Assembly (NCBI GenBank): GCA_963796455.1
Contig: CAWCLO010000005.1
Location: forward strand, 96,001 to 160,000
Source of the DNA: Candidatus Sulfomarinibacteraceae bacterium
GTDB taxonomy: Bacteria; Acidobacteriota; Thermoanaerobaculia; Thermoanaerobaculales; Sulfomarinibacteraceae
DNA: 64,000 nt
Direction of reading: 5' to 3'
Below, in pieces: positions 28,884-38,507 of this stretch. Below the pieces are notes generated by a model. The model was not told the DNA's origin and did not search any database. It was given only the letters and a program-made list of their open reading frames with translations. Positions within the stretch are counted from its first letter, which is position 1, and every line of letters begins with the position of its first letter. A program made the translations under genes and the position numbers.

Positions 28884-30296
28884 ATGAATTCGGACGAACC
28901 TGGAGTCGGTCAGATTATTCTCGACAATGTGGCCGACGGCGTGTTCACGGTCGATCACGAGTGGCGCATCAGCTACTTCAACCGGGCCGCCGAACGGATC
29001 ACCGGTGTGAGTCGCGATTCGGCCGTCGGGCGCCGCTGCTGCGATGTCTTCCGGGCCAGCATCTGTGTCGACGGCTGTGCGCTCCGCCACACACTGGAGA
29101 CGGGTGAACCGGTGGTCAACAGGGCTGCATTCATCATCGACGCCAGGGAGCGCAAGGTCCCAATTAGTATTTCGACCTCGGTCCTGCGGAACGATCGCGG
29201 ACAGTTGGTTGGCGGTGTCGAGACCTTTCGCGACCTGAGCCAGGTGGAGGAGCTGCGGAAGGAGCTCGAGGGCCGGTTTTCTCTCGGTGACATCATCGGC
29301 CGAAGCCGAGCCATGCGCGATCTCTTCGGAGTCCTGCCGGCCATCGCCGCCAGCGAGAGCACGGTCGTTATCCACGGTGCGAGCGGAACCGGGAAGGAGC
29401 TCTTCGCTCGTGCCATTCACGATCTGTCGCCACGGAGCAAGAAGCGTTTCGTGGCCATCAATTGCGGCGCTCTCCCGGACACGCTTCTCGAGTCCGAGCT
29501 CTTTGGACACAAAGCGGGAGCCTTCACTGATGCCCGCAAAGACAAGCGGGGGAGGTTCGAGGTCGCAGAGGGGGGCACGATCTTTCTCGACGAGATCGGT
29601 GACATCTCGCCCGCAATGCAGGTCCGCCTGCTCAGGGTCCTGCAGGAACACGAGTTCGAGCCCCTAGGGAGTGTGGATCCGGTGGCCGCGGACGTTCGCG
29701 TTGTCGCGGCCACCCACCGGGACCTGGCCGACCTTGTCAGCAGGGGAGATTTTCGGGAAGATCTCTACTATCGCATCAACGTCATGCGACTCGAACTGCC
29801 ATCGCTGGCTGGGCGTCGCGAGGACATCCCACTGTTGATTGACCATTTTGTCGATCGCTTCAATCGACTCCAGGAGAAGAGCATCGCCGGCGTCTCCGAC
29901 GAGGTGCTCGGCCTGTTGATGAATTACGATTTCCCGGGCAACGCCCGTGAGCTCGAGAACATCATCGAACACGCATTTGTTTTGTGCAGCAGCAGCATGA
30001 TTGAACTCCAGCACCTGCCGCCGGAATTGGCTCGGGGACGGGGAGAGGCCGAACTGGCCTCGGCTCCCGGAATGACGCTCCGCTCACTGGAACGACTCCA
30101 CGTAGAAGATGCTTTGCGACGCCATCTCGGCAATCGGAAGGCTGCAGCCGAGGAGCTCGGCATCCACCCGAGCACGCTGTACCGAAAGATGCGGGACCTG
30201 GGCATCGAAGCCCCGGAAACGGATGGTCGAAGCCGACTTCCTGTGATTCACGAGAGCCGCTCGGCTGATCGACTGGCGACCACTGTCAGGGAATAA
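28884..30296 (+). CDS. PAS-domain sigma-54 enhancer-binding protein, OrpR-like
   Basis: PAS with CCDVFRASICVDGC; GASGTGKE, ESELFGH..GAFTDA, FLDEIGD, FPGNARELEN, C-terminal HTH. Confidence 0.9.
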   Translation: MNSDEPGVGQIILDNVADGVFTVDHEWRISYFNRAAERITGVSRDSAVGRRCCDVFRASICVDGCALRHTLETGEPVVNRAAFIIDARERKVPISISTSVLRNDRGQLVGGVETFRDLSQVEELRKELEGRFSLGDIIGRSRAMRDLFGVLPAIAASESTVVIHGASGTGKELFARAIHDLSPRSKKRFVAINCGALPDTLLESELFGHKAGAFTDARKDKRGRFEVAEGGTIFLDEIGDISPAMQVRLLRVLQEHEFEPLGSVDPVAADVRVVAATHRDLADLVSRGDFREDLYYRINVMRLELPSLAGRREDIPLLIDHFVDRFNRLQEKSIAGVSDEVLGLLMNYDFPGNARELENIIEHAFVLCSSSMIELQHLPPELARGRGEAELASAPGMTLRSLERLHVEDALRRHLGNRKAAAEELGIHPSTLYRKMRDLGIEAPETDGRSRLPVIHESRSADRLATTVRE

Positions 30297-30320
30297 GCGC
30301 GAACCCTGTCACACGCTTCC

Positions 30321-30336
30321 GTTACGCATATGTAAC
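30321..30336. promoter_or_regulatory. Imperfect palindrome, candidate activator site
   Basis: GTTAC-GCATAT-GTAAC ~95 nt upstream of the sigma-54 site. Confidence 0.4.
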
Positions 30337-30401
30337 ACCGAGGGTGGTGACGCTGTTTCTCATCCCGCGGGATCCCACCGAAGTAACATCTCGTCAACGA
30401 C

Positions 30402-30419
30402 TTGTGAAAAGCTGCACGA
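30402..30419. promoter_or_regulatory. Rex-like operator upstream of the dsrA promoter
   Basis: TTGTGAA-AAGC-TGCACGA vs Rex TTGTGAA-N4-TTCAC(A/G)A. Confidence 0.55.
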
Positions 30420-30429
30420 GATAGGTCAC

Positions 30430-30445
30430 TGGCACATAGGTTGCA
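30430..30445 (+). promoter_or_regulatory. Sigma-54 promoter upstream of dsrA
   Basis: TGGCAC-ATAGG-TTGCA, exact consensus. Confidence 0.8.
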
Positions 30446-30790
30446 CCGTTGACCAATGGTTCGGTGTCGATTGCGTGAAGAAAGGTACACGGTGCACAAC
30501 GGCTTGAAAAAACTCCTGCAAATCGAGGGCTCCAGGGCGGTGTGCTTCGTTCAGTGTTTTTCGTGCATCGGGTCGTCGGCCCGCTGCGCTGATCGTTTGA
30601 TCTTCGGTCTCAAGCCGATCAGGGCTTTCACCATCGGTGTGTCGGTGAATGTACCGTTCGGCTATTTCCTATCAACCGTGGTGTTCTCCAAGTTCTGGTC
30701 GAACATCAGTTCGCTGATGTGAGGTCGGTTCGTGGATTCACGACTCGCTTTGCCCCAGCAAGCAACAACAAATTAAGGAAAGGAGTGGCC

Positions 30791-31990
30791 ATGACAGAAG
30801 AGAAGAAGTCATCGACGCCGCTAATTGACGAGCTCGAATCAGGCCCCTGGCCGAGCTTTGTCAAGGAGTTCAAGAAGGAGGCCCACAAACCGATGGTCCA
30901 GGACGCCATGAGCCAGCTTGAGCGCTCCTATGAGGAGCACCTCAGTCACTGGAAGCATGGCGGGTTGGTCGGTGTGATGGGTTATGGCGGAGGCGTGATC
31001 GGGCGCTACTCGGATCTGGCCGACGAGTTCCCGAACGTTGCCGAGTTCCACACCCACCGCGTCAACCAGCCGTCAGGGTGGTTCTACACCACCGATGCCC
31101 TGCGCACCCTGTGCGACATCTGGGACAAACACGGTTCGGGTCTGACCAACATGCACGGCTCCACCGGCGACATCGTTTTCCTGGGCTCGACAACCGAGGC
31201 CATCGAACCCCTCTTCAAAGACCTCACCGAAAAGGGTTGGGATCTCGGCGGATCGGGCTCCAACATGCGGACGCCGAGCTGCTGTGTGGGTCCGGCGCGT
31301 TGTGAGTGGGCCTGCTACGACACCCTGGATGCTTGCTACAACATCACCCAGGAATGGCAGGACGAGCTCCACCGCCCGTTCTTCCCCTACAAGTACAAGT
31401 TCAAGTTTGCAGGCTGCCCGAACGACTGCGTGGCCTCGATCGCACGTTCGGATTGCTCGGTCATCGGCACCTGGAAGGACGACATTCAGGTCAACCAGGC
31501 CAAGGTCGTCGAGTATGCCACCAATGGCGTCGACATCCAGAGCGAAATCTGTGATCTCTGCCCGACCAAGTGCGTCGACTGGGATGGCAAGGCGCTGGAT
31601 ATCGACAATGAGAACTGCGTCCGCTGCATGCATTGCATCAACGTGATGCCGAAGGCCCTGAAACCCGGCAAGGAGCGCGGTGCGACGATCCTGATCGGCG
31701 GCAAGGCCCCGATCGTCGGTGGCGCCCTCTTGTGCTCGGTCTTCGTGCCCTTCCTCGAGATGGATCCGGAATCGGATTATGAAGATCTCAAGGAACTCAC
31801 CGAGGCCATCTGGGATCTCTGGGGTGAGCACGGCAAGGCCCGCGAACGCACCGGTGAGTTCATCCAGCGAGTCGGTATGTCGAACTTCCTCGAGGAGATC
31901 GGGCTCGACCCGATTCCCGAGATGGTCATGGCACCGCGCTCGAATCCTTATATTTTCTTCGATGACGAAATCTTCGAAGACGCGGAATAG
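30791..31990 (+). CDS. dsrA: Dissimilatory sulfite reductase alpha subunit
   Basis: [52 protein letters not shown] 30791 after AGGAG. Confidence 0.98.
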   Translation: MTEEKKSSTPLIDELESGPWPSFVKEFKKEAHKPMVQDAMSQLERSYEEHLSHWKHGGLVGVMGYGGGVIGRYSDLADEFPNVAEFHTHRVNQPSGWFYTTDALRTLCDIWDKHGSGLTNMHGSTGDIVFLGSTTEAIEPLFKDLTEKGWDLGGSGSNMRTPSCCVGPARCEWACYDTLDACYNITQEWQDELHRPFFPYKYKFKFAGCPNDCVASIARSDCSVIGTWKDDIQVNQAKVVEYATNGVDIQSEICDLCPTKCVDWDGKALDIDNENCVRCMHCINVMPKALKPGKERGATILIGGKAPIVGGALLCSVFVPFLEMDPESDYEDLKELTEAIWDLWGEHGKARERTGEFIQRVGMSNFLEEIGLDPIPEMVMAPRSNPYIFFDDEIFEDAE

Positions 31991-32004
31991 GAAGGGAGGA
32001 AGAA

Positions 32005-33078
32005 ATGGCTGAAGAACGCATCACTGATATCGGACCCCCACATTACGAACAGTTCCTCCCGCCGGTCATCAAGGACAACTATGGCAAATGGGACCACCAC
32101 GAGATTCTCCGCCCCGGCGTCATGGTTCACGTAGGTGAGACCGGCGACAAGCTGTTCACCGTACGTGCCGCCTCGCCGCGGCTGCTTGCGATCACATCGA
32201 TCCGCGAGTTCTGCGACATCGCCGACAAATACTGCGATGGTTACCTGCGGTTCACGAGCCGCAACAACGTCGAGTTCCTTCTGAGCGACGAAGCGAATGT
32301 CGATCCGCTGGTCAAAGACATCGAAGCGCTTGGCTACCCGATCGGCGGCATGGGCAACGCCATCTCGAACCCCGTCCACACCCAGGGCTGGGTGCACTGC
32401 CACTCGTCGGCCTCCGATGCCTCGGGTGTCTGCAAAGCTCTCATGGACGAGCTCATCGGCCGCTTCACGAGCATGGAACTGCCGGGCAAACTCCGTCTGG
32501 CATACGCCTGCTGCCTCAACATGTGCGGCGCGGTCCACTGCTCGGACATCGCGGTCCTGGGTGTTCACACCCGTGCTCCGGTGATCGATCACGCCGACCT
32601 GCCGAAGATGTGCGAGCTCCCGACCCTCGTCGCTTCGTGCCCGACCGGCGCCATCCGTCCGGCCACCGTCGACGGCATCCAGTCGATCGAGATCGTCGAA
32701 GAGCAGTGCATGTACTGCGGCAACTGCTACACGGTCTGCCCGGCGGTGAAGATCAACAATGCCGAGACCGATGGCATCTCGATCTGGGTCGGCGGCAAGG
32801 TCTCCAACGCCCGCTCGACACCGAAATTCTCGAAACTCGCGATTCCCTTCATTCCCAATAATCCGCCGCGTTGGCCCGAAGTGGTCGAAGCGGTTACCAA
32901 GATCGTGAACGTCTACGCCGAAAATGCGCGCAAACACGAGCGCATGGGCGAGTGGATCGAGCGTATCGGTTGGCCGAAGTGGTTCGAACTCAATGATCTC
33001 GAGTTCACCAAGTACCACATCGACGACTTCAAACACGCCGGCGAGACCTTCACGAGGACGGCGCAGCTGCGCCACTAG
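32005..33078 (+). CDS. dsrB: Dissimilatory sulfite reductase beta subunit
   Basis: [39 protein letters not shown]. Confidence 0.98.
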   Translation: MAEERITDIGPPHYEQFLPPVIKDNYGKWDHHEILRPGVMVHVGETGDKLFTVRAASPRLLAITSIREFCDIADKYCDGYLRFTSRNNVEFLLSDEANVDPLVKDIEALGYPIGGMGNAISNPVHTQGWVHCHSSASDASGVCKALMDELIGRFTSMELPGKLRLAYACCLNMCGAVHCSDIAVLGVHTRAPVIDHADLPKMCELPTLVASCPTGAIRPATVDGIQSIEIVEEQCMYCGNCYTVCPAVKINNAETDGISIWVGGKVSNARSTPKFSKLAIPFIPNNPPRWPEVVEAVTKIVNVYAENARKHERMGEWIERIGWPKWFELNDLEFTKYHIDDFKHAGETFTRTAQLRH

Positions 33079-33087
33079 GAGGACACC

Positions 33088-33321
33088 ATGGCTGAGGTCA
33101 CGATCGATCAGATCGCAGACGCCATGTTCGAACTGGTCAAATCGACCTATGGCAAGAAAAACCTGAAACCAATGGACGTTACCAAGGCGATGATTGAAGA
33201 TTTCGGCGACGATGCGGTGGACAAGAAGATGTGCAAAAAGGCCTTGCGCCAGCTCATCGACTCCGGCCGCTGCACCTACAAGTATGCCGGCGGCAGCTAC
33301 GTGACGCTTCCAGAAGACTGA
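33088..33321 (+). CDS. dsrD: DsrD
   Basis: 77 aa Lys-rich winged-helix-sized protein directly after dsrB, KKALRQLIDSGRC.Y..AGGS. Confidence 0.8.
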   Translation: MAEVTIDQIADAMFELVKSTYGKKNLKPMDVTKAMIEDFGDDAVDKKMCKKALRQLIDSGRCTYKYAGGSYVTLPED

Positions 33322-33330
33322 GCGCTGATC

Positions 33331-33364
33331 ACTCCCCCGGGCGCGAGCCCGGGGGAGTATTTTT
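33331..33364 (+). terminator. Intrinsic terminator after dsrD
   Basis: ACTCCCCCGGGC-gcga-GCCCGGGGGAGT followed by ATTTTT. Confidence 0.8.
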
Positions 33365-33393
33365 CGCGCCGCTACGAACCACGGAGGACGAAA

Positions 33394-33837
33394 ATGGGAG
33401 AGAAGAAACTTTCGGGCCCGGAACGGGCGAAGTTCGCAGTTGACGTACTGCGGCAGTGGCAGGGCATCGAACGAGATGCCATCGAGACGACCGCCCAGAT
33501 CATGGAGAAGACCGACAACCTCCTGATCCGCCAGGTCATGGAGATCATTCGTAACGACTCGGTCCAGCATCACCGGGTGCAGCAGTTCCTCATCGACAGC
33601 ATCACCAAGACGCCTGTCACTCTGAACCGCGATGAAATCGCCGAGGTGTGGGGACAGATCGAGGCGCACGATGAACTCGAGCGGCAGACGATCGCTCTCG
33701 CCAACCAACTCCTCGAGCAGACGACCGACCCGGTGCAGAAAGTCCTGCTCAACTACCTCCTTCACGATGAGGAAAAGCACGACGGGATTCTCGGGGAGCT
33801 CGACGAGTTGAAGAAATACATGGCCAAGATCTCCTGA
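33394..33837 (+). CDS. Ferritin/rubrerythrin-like hypothetical protein
   Basis: Helical; paired E...DSVQH and E...DEEKH motifs; GGAGG RBS. Confidence 0.65.
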   Translation: MGEKKLSGPERAKFAVDVLRQWQGIERDAIETTAQIMEKTDNLLIRQVMEIIRNDSVQHHRVQQFLIDSITKTPVTLNRDEIAEVWGQIEAHDELERQTIALANQLLEQTTDPVQKVLLNYLLHDEEKHDGILGELDELKKYMAKIS

Positions 33838-33869
33838 GGCGGATTGAGCCGGGAATAGAGGAGTAGTAA

Positions 33870-35606
33870 ATGGGTCTGCTGAAAAAGAAGGACAAGAAAA
33901 AGTCCAGCAAAATGACTGCACGCATGAGCGGATCGGGGGGCAGTTCAGCCCTTTCGTCGCTCCGGCCGAGGTACGTGGAAAGCCTTCCGCCGTGTTCGGG
34001 CAATTGCCCCAGCGGCAACGATATCCGCGGCTGGCTGACCGTCATCAGTCTGCGCGAAAAGTTGGGCCTGAGCCTCGACGAAGCGTGCGAGCAGGCGTGG
34101 CGCATCGAAATGGAGACAAACCCCTTCCCGTCGGTGATGGGGCGGGTATGTCCTCATCCCTGTGAGACAGGTTGCAACCGCGGTCAGAAAGACGGCCCGG
34201 TCGGAATCAACTCGGTGGAAAGGTTTATTGGCGACTACGCCATCGACCACGACCTCAAAGCAGAAGCCATCGAGGGTGAGGGTGCCAAGGACCAGAAGAT
34301 CGCCGTGATCGGCGGCGGGCCCTCCGGACTCTCCTGCGCCTACCAGTTGGCCCGTCGCGGGTACAAGGTGACGGTCTTCGAAGGCCTGCCGAAGGCCGGC
34401 GGCATGCTCCGTTATGGAATCCCCGTCTATCGTCTGCCGCGGGAGATCCTCGATGCCGAGATTCAGCGTATCGTCGATCTCGGGGTCGAGCTCAAATGCG
34501 ACACCAAAATCGGTAAGGACGTAAGCTTCGAGGATATCCGCAAAGAATACGCCGCAATCTATGTCGCGATCGGCGCCCACCAGGGCAAAAACCTCGGCAT
34601 CCCTGGAGAAGACGGCCCCGGCATCTGGACCGGTACCGAGTTTCTCAATCACGCCAACTCCGGCAAAGAGGTCGATCTCGGCACCAAGGTGATCGTGATC
34701 GGTGGCGGCGACACCGCTGTCGATGCGGCCCGTGTTTCCAAGCGCCTCGGTTCGGATGCGGCCTCGATCGCGTCCAAAATGGGGGCCGAAGTCACCATCC
34801 TTTATCGCCGGACCCGGACCGAGATGCCGGCCATCGAGCGCGAAATCGAAGAGGCGATCGAGGAGGATATCCATATCGAGTTCCTCGCAGCGCCGCACGA
34901 GATTCTGCGCGACGACGACGGCAAAGTTCGCGCCATGGTGGTCCAGCGCATGGAGCTCGGCGAGCCCGATGATTCGGGTCGCCGGCGCCCGGTCGCCATT
35001 GAAGGCGACACCTATGAGATCGAGGTCGAGACCGTGATCACCGCGGTCAGCCAGAAACCCGATCTTGCGGCCGTCAAATCGACGGAATTGGGCGACGGTT
35101 GGCTCAATGGCGACGAGTGGGGCTTTACCGGCATCGACGGCATCTGGACCGGCGGTGACAACATCAATCTCGGTATCGCCACCACCTCGATCGGCCAGGC
35201 CAGCAAGGCGGCTGATGCGATCCACGCCCACCTGCAGGGCACGACGCCACAGGAGGTCCAAGAGGGCGAAATGATCCGTGCCGAAAAGCTCAAGCTTGAT
35301 TGGTACCCACCGGCAGAACGCAAACAACGACAGGTCAAAGCGCCCGAAGATCGCTTGGCGAACCCCTTCGACGAGGTCGATCTGGGTTTGTTGGCCGAAG
35401 ATGCGCTGGCCGAAATCGACCGCTGTTTCAGTTGCGGCAGGTGCTTCGGTTGTGAAAACTGCTGGATGTACTGCCAGAACAGCGTATTTAGCAAAACAAA
35501 AGTAGTCTCCCCCGGAAACTTCTTTGAAATCAAGAAGATGGAGATGTGCGACGGGTGCAAGAAGTGCTGGGAAGAGTGCCCGTGCGGTTACATCGTGGGT
35601 GAGTGA
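33870..35606 (+). CDS. dsrL: DsrL NAD(P)H:acceptor iron-sulfur flavoprotein (YRR-type)
   Basis: PPCSGNCP, GRVCPHPCE..CNR, two Rossmann motifs, LYRRT, RCFSCGRCFGCENCWMYC, CDGCKKCWEECPCG. Confidence 0.92.
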   Translation: MGLLKKKDKKKSSKMTARMSGSGGSSALSSLRPRYVESLPPCSGNCPSGNDIRGWLTVISLREKLGLSLDEACEQAWRIEMETNPFPSVMGRVCPHPCETGCNRGQKDGPVGINSVERFIGDYAIDHDLKAEAIEGEGAKDQKIAVIGGGPSGLSCAYQLARRGYKVTVFEGLPKAGGMLRYGIPVYRLPREILDAEIQRIVDLGVELKCDTKIGKDVSFEDIRKEYAAIYVAIGAHQGKNLGIPGEDGPGIWTGTEFLNHANSGKEVDLGTKVIVIGGGDTAVDAARVSKRLGSDAASIASKMGAEVTILYRRTRTEMPAIEREIEEAIEEDIHIEFLAAPHEILRDDDGKVRAMVVQRMELGEPDDSGRRRPVAIEGDTYEIEVETVITAVSQKPDLAAVKSTELGDGWLNGDEWGFTGIDGIWTGGDNINLGIATTSIGQASKAADAIHAHLQGTTPQEVQEGEMIRAEKLKLDWYPPAERKQRQVKAPEDRLANPFDEVDLGLLAEDALAEIDRCFSCGRCFGCENCWMYCQNSVFSKTKVVSPGNFFEIKKMEMCDGCKKCWEECPCGYIVGE

Positions 35607-35627
35607 GGTCAACGGGCGGTTGAGCCG

Positions 35628-37031
35628 ATGCGTGTCAAGGTTCCTCGATTAGTTGTCGCCGGGCTCTCCGGTGACAGCGGCAAGACCCTGGTCAGTCTGG
35701 GTCTTGCCAGGGCCTTGGCGGATCGTGGGCTCAAGGTGCGGCCTTTCAAAAAGGGGCCGGACTATATCGACACCGCGTGGCTCGGTGTTGCGGCTCGTTC
35801 AACCTGTCGGAATCTCGACACCTTCCTCATGAAGGATGAGGCCATGGCGGCTTCGCTCAGCCAAGCCGCGCAGGATGCGGACCTCATTCTCGTGGAGGGC
35901 AACCGCGGCCTCTTTGACGGTGTCGATGTTGAAGGAAGCCACTCGACGGCCATGTTGGCCCGTCGAATGGCCGCGCCGGTGGTGTTGGTCATCGACTGCA
36001 CCAAAATGACGAGGACCGCTGCTGCGCTGGTCATGGGCTGCAGAGCCATGGATCCAGAGCTCGACCTCGCCGGCGTGATCTTGAATCGGGTCGGTTGCGG
36101 ACGCCACGAAACAATCGTTCGTGAGTCGGTGGCCGGCATCGCAGGGACCCCGGTTCTGGGCGCCATCCGCCGAATCAGGGGTGACGATCCGCTGCCGGGG
36201 CGGCACCTCGGGCTGGTGACCGCTGCGGAGCACCCCGACCCCGAGGAGGCGGTGCAGCGCGCCGCCAAGGCGGTGGTCGACGGGGTCGATCTCGATCGAC
36301 TGCTCGCTGCAGCCGAGTGGGCTCCCGAGTTGGAGCTCGTGCCTGCCGACAATCCTGTCGTGCAGGTTCCGGTCAGCATTGCGTATTTCGAAGGCGAAGC
36401 CTTCAGCTTCTATTACGCCGAAAACCTCGAGTTGCTGCGCGCTTCGGGCGTGCAGCTGGTGCCGGTGGACCCGGGCAGTGCCAGCGAGCTTCCCGAGGCC
36501 GACGGTCTCTATATCGGTGGTGGTTTCCCTGAAGTTCACGCAGCGCGTCTCGGAGCGAACTCCGCCTTTACCGAAAGCGTGCGTGCCCGTGTTGTAGCCG
36601 GTATGCCGGTTTACGCCGAGTGTGCCGGGCTCATGTATCTGGCTCGCGAATTGGTAGTCGACGGTGTGCCGCACCCGATGTCCGGCATTTTGGACCTCGT
36701 CGTCGAACAACGACCGACACCGCAAGGCCATGGTTACGAGGTCGCTGTGGTGGATCGGGACAATCCGTTCTTTCCTGCCGGGGCTCGACTGGTAGGTCAC
36801 GAATTTCATTACTCGAGAATCATGAATGCCGGGGGCGGGGATCGGACCGTCCTTCGGCTGGAACGTGGCACCGGTATCGGCGATGACCGCGACGGCATCG
36901 TCGAGGGACGTGTCTGGGCTTCTTATCTTCATCTCCACGCCAGAGCGACGCCCGAATGGGCGGACGGCTTTCTCGCTCTCGCCGCGAAATTCGCGGCCGA
37001 GCGGGGTGATCCGACGGCCGTATGCGGGTGA
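35628..37031 (+). CDS. dsrN: Siroheme amidase (cobyrinate a,c-diamide synthase family)
   Basis: SGDSGKT, KKGPDYID, EGNRGLFDG, YAECAGLMYL, GHEFHYS; dsr context. Confidence 0.9.
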   Translation: MRVKVPRLVVAGLSGDSGKTLVSLGLARALADRGLKVRPFKKGPDYIDTAWLGVAARSTCRNLDTFLMKDEAMAASLSQAAQDADLILVEGNRGLFDGVDVEGSHSTAMLARRMAAPVVLVIDCTKMTRTAAALVMGCRAMDPELDLAGVILNRVGCGRHETIVRESVAGIAGTPVLGAIRRIRGDDPLPGRHLGLVTAAEHPDPEEAVQRAAKAVVDGVDLDRLLAAAEWAPELELVPADNPVVQVPVSIAYFEGEAFSFYYAENLELLRASGVQLVPVDPGSASELPEADGLYIGGGFPEVHAARLGANSAFTESVRARVVAGMPVYAECAGLMYLARELVVDGVPHPMSGILDLVVEQRPTPQGHGYEVAVVDRDNPFFPAGARLVGHEFHYSRIMNAGGGDRTVLRLERGTGIGDDRDGIVEGRVWASYLHLHARATPEWADGFLALAAKFAAERGDPTAVCG

Positions 37032-37537
37032 AGGAGGAAGTGATGGAAATGCTCCGGCTTGGCGACTCGCAGGGTCTCGAACGGATGGTCGGGGAGAGAC
37101 CTTCCAGCGTTCGTTTCCTCCAGGGTCGACTGTGGGACACAGATCCCTTGATTCGCGGCCGCGCGGCGGCAGCGATCGGCGCGGCGGCCTCGTCGCACCC
37201 GGATCTAGGGCTCGAGATCCTGCGGCGTGCCCTGTGGGCGCTCAACGACGAGTCGGCCACCAACGGTTCCTACATGTTGCCTGCAATCGGCGAAATCGGC
37301 CGACGGGCACCGGATCTGGTCGTTCCATTTGTCGGTCCGATGACGGGCTACCTGTGGGACGAAGGTCTGCGACCGGGCATTTTGAGAGCTCTCTGCCGCA
37401 TCGCAGAGGTTGCGCCCGAGCTGGTCGAGGAAATCCGTGATCGGCTGCCGGATATCGACGGAATCAACGATCCCGGAGAGCGAGCGGATCTCGAGTACCT
37501 GCTCTCCGTGAACAGGGAGGGTGCGAATGAACAATGA
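37022..37537 (+). CDS. HEAT-repeat protein (DVU0298-like)
   Basis: RAAAAIG, RRALWALNDES, AIGEIG. Confidence 0.65.
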   Translation: MRVKEEVMEMLRLGDSQGLERMVGERPSSVRFLQGRLWDTDPLIRGRAAAAIGAAASSHPDLGLEILRRALWALNDESATNGSYMLPAIGEIGRRAPDLVVPFVGPMTGYLWDEGLRPGILRALCRIAEVAPELVEEIRDRLPDIDGINDPGERADLEYLLSVNREGANEQ

Positions 37538-38120
37538 AAGCCAGCGCAACCGTTTGGAGCGCTGTATGAGAGACGTGGAGGAGCATCCCGAACAGGCCTC
37601 CGCATATCACAACCTCGGCCTCGCCTACACCGTGTCGGGCCGAGTCAAAATGGCCGAGGAAGCCTATCAGAAGGCCCTCGAGTTGGACCCGTCGCTCTAC
37701 CAGGCGTGGGTCAACCTCGGCGGCGTGAAATTGATGCGGTGGGAGTTCCAGGGATGCCTCGATGCAAACCAGGAAGCCGTAAAACTCCGGGATGATATCC
37801 CGATCATCCACTACAACATGGGTCAGGCCTATCTCTATCTCAACGATCCCGAAAACCTGGTGCAGTGCAATCTGCGGGTTCTCGAGTTGGACAGGAATCA
37901 CGCCCTCGCCCACTACCACGCGGCGGTCGGCTACATGGCTCTGGAAAACATCGGCGCCGCCGAACGTCACCTCGGCCGTGCGATCGAACTCGGCCACCGT
38001 CCGACCCAGGACTTTGTCAAGGCCATGGAAAAGGCCACTCTTAAAAAGCAACGTGAGAAAAACGTCACCATGATCGAACTGAGCGGGGCTGAAACCCCGG
38101 AAAACACAAAGGAGGACTGA
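37527..38120 (+). CDS. Tetratricopeptide repeat protein
   Basis: AYHNLGLAY, AWVNLG, IHYNMG TPR units. Confidence 0.85.
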   Translation: MNNESQRNRLERCMRDVEEHPEQASAYHNLGLAYTVSGRVKMAEEAYQKALELDPSLYQAWVNLGGVKLMRWEFQGCLDANQEAVKLRDDIPIIHYNMGQAYLYLNDPENLVQCNLRVLELDRNHALAHYHAAVGYMALENIGAAERHLGRAIELGHRPTQDFVKAMEKATLKKQREKNVTMIELSGAETPENTKED

Positions 38121-38121
38121 A

Positions 38122-38439
38122 ATGGCACTTTTCGAGCAAGGGAATGTTTCAATCGAAGTCGACGAAGACGGTTTCATGCAGGAGCCGGAAAACTGGAACG
38201 AAGAGGTTGCGGCCGCGCTCGGCGAGACCGAGGGTGTTGACAGCCTGACCGACGATCACTGGAAGGTCGTCAACTATCTGCGCGACTATTACCTGCAGTT
38301 CGGTGTTGCGCCGATGATCCGCAAGCTCTGCAAGCAGACCGGATTCCAGCTCAAGGAGATCTACGAGCTGTTCCCGTCGGGCCCCGCGAAGGGCGCCTGT
38401 AAGGTCGCCGGCCTGCCCAAACCGACCGGCTGCGTCTGA
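38122..38439 (+). CDS. dsrC: DsrC sulfur carrier with both C-terminal cysteines
   Basis: VDEDGF, HWKVV.YLR, LFPSGPAKGACKVAGLPKPTGCV. Confidence 0.97.
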   Translation: MALFEQGNVSIEVDEDGFMQEPENWNEEVAAALGETEGVDSLTDDHWKVVNYLRDYYLQFGVAPMIRKLCKQTGFQLKEIYELFPSGPAKGACKVAGLPKPTGCV

Positions 38440-38452
38440 GATCAATCCGCCG

Positions 38453-38480
38453 CCGCCCCCGTCGTTTTTGACGGGGGCGG
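38453..38480. terminator. GC-rich hairpin after dsrC (no clear U-tract)
   Basis: CCGCCCCCGTC-gttttt-GACGGGGGCGG. Confidence 0.6.
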
Positions 38481-38507
38481 TCATGCGGTATCACTCGAGA
38501 TATTTGC

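Noticed and set aside
30719..30790. N-terminal extension of DsrA given by the ORF track
   Set aside because: AGGAG RBS and family N-terminus support ATG 30791
31948..35612. Long antisense ORFs (657 aa and 555 aa; similar ones at 1808-4021 and 20394-21866)
   Set aside because: Shadow frames of high-GC genes with clear plus-strand identities; no recognisable motifs
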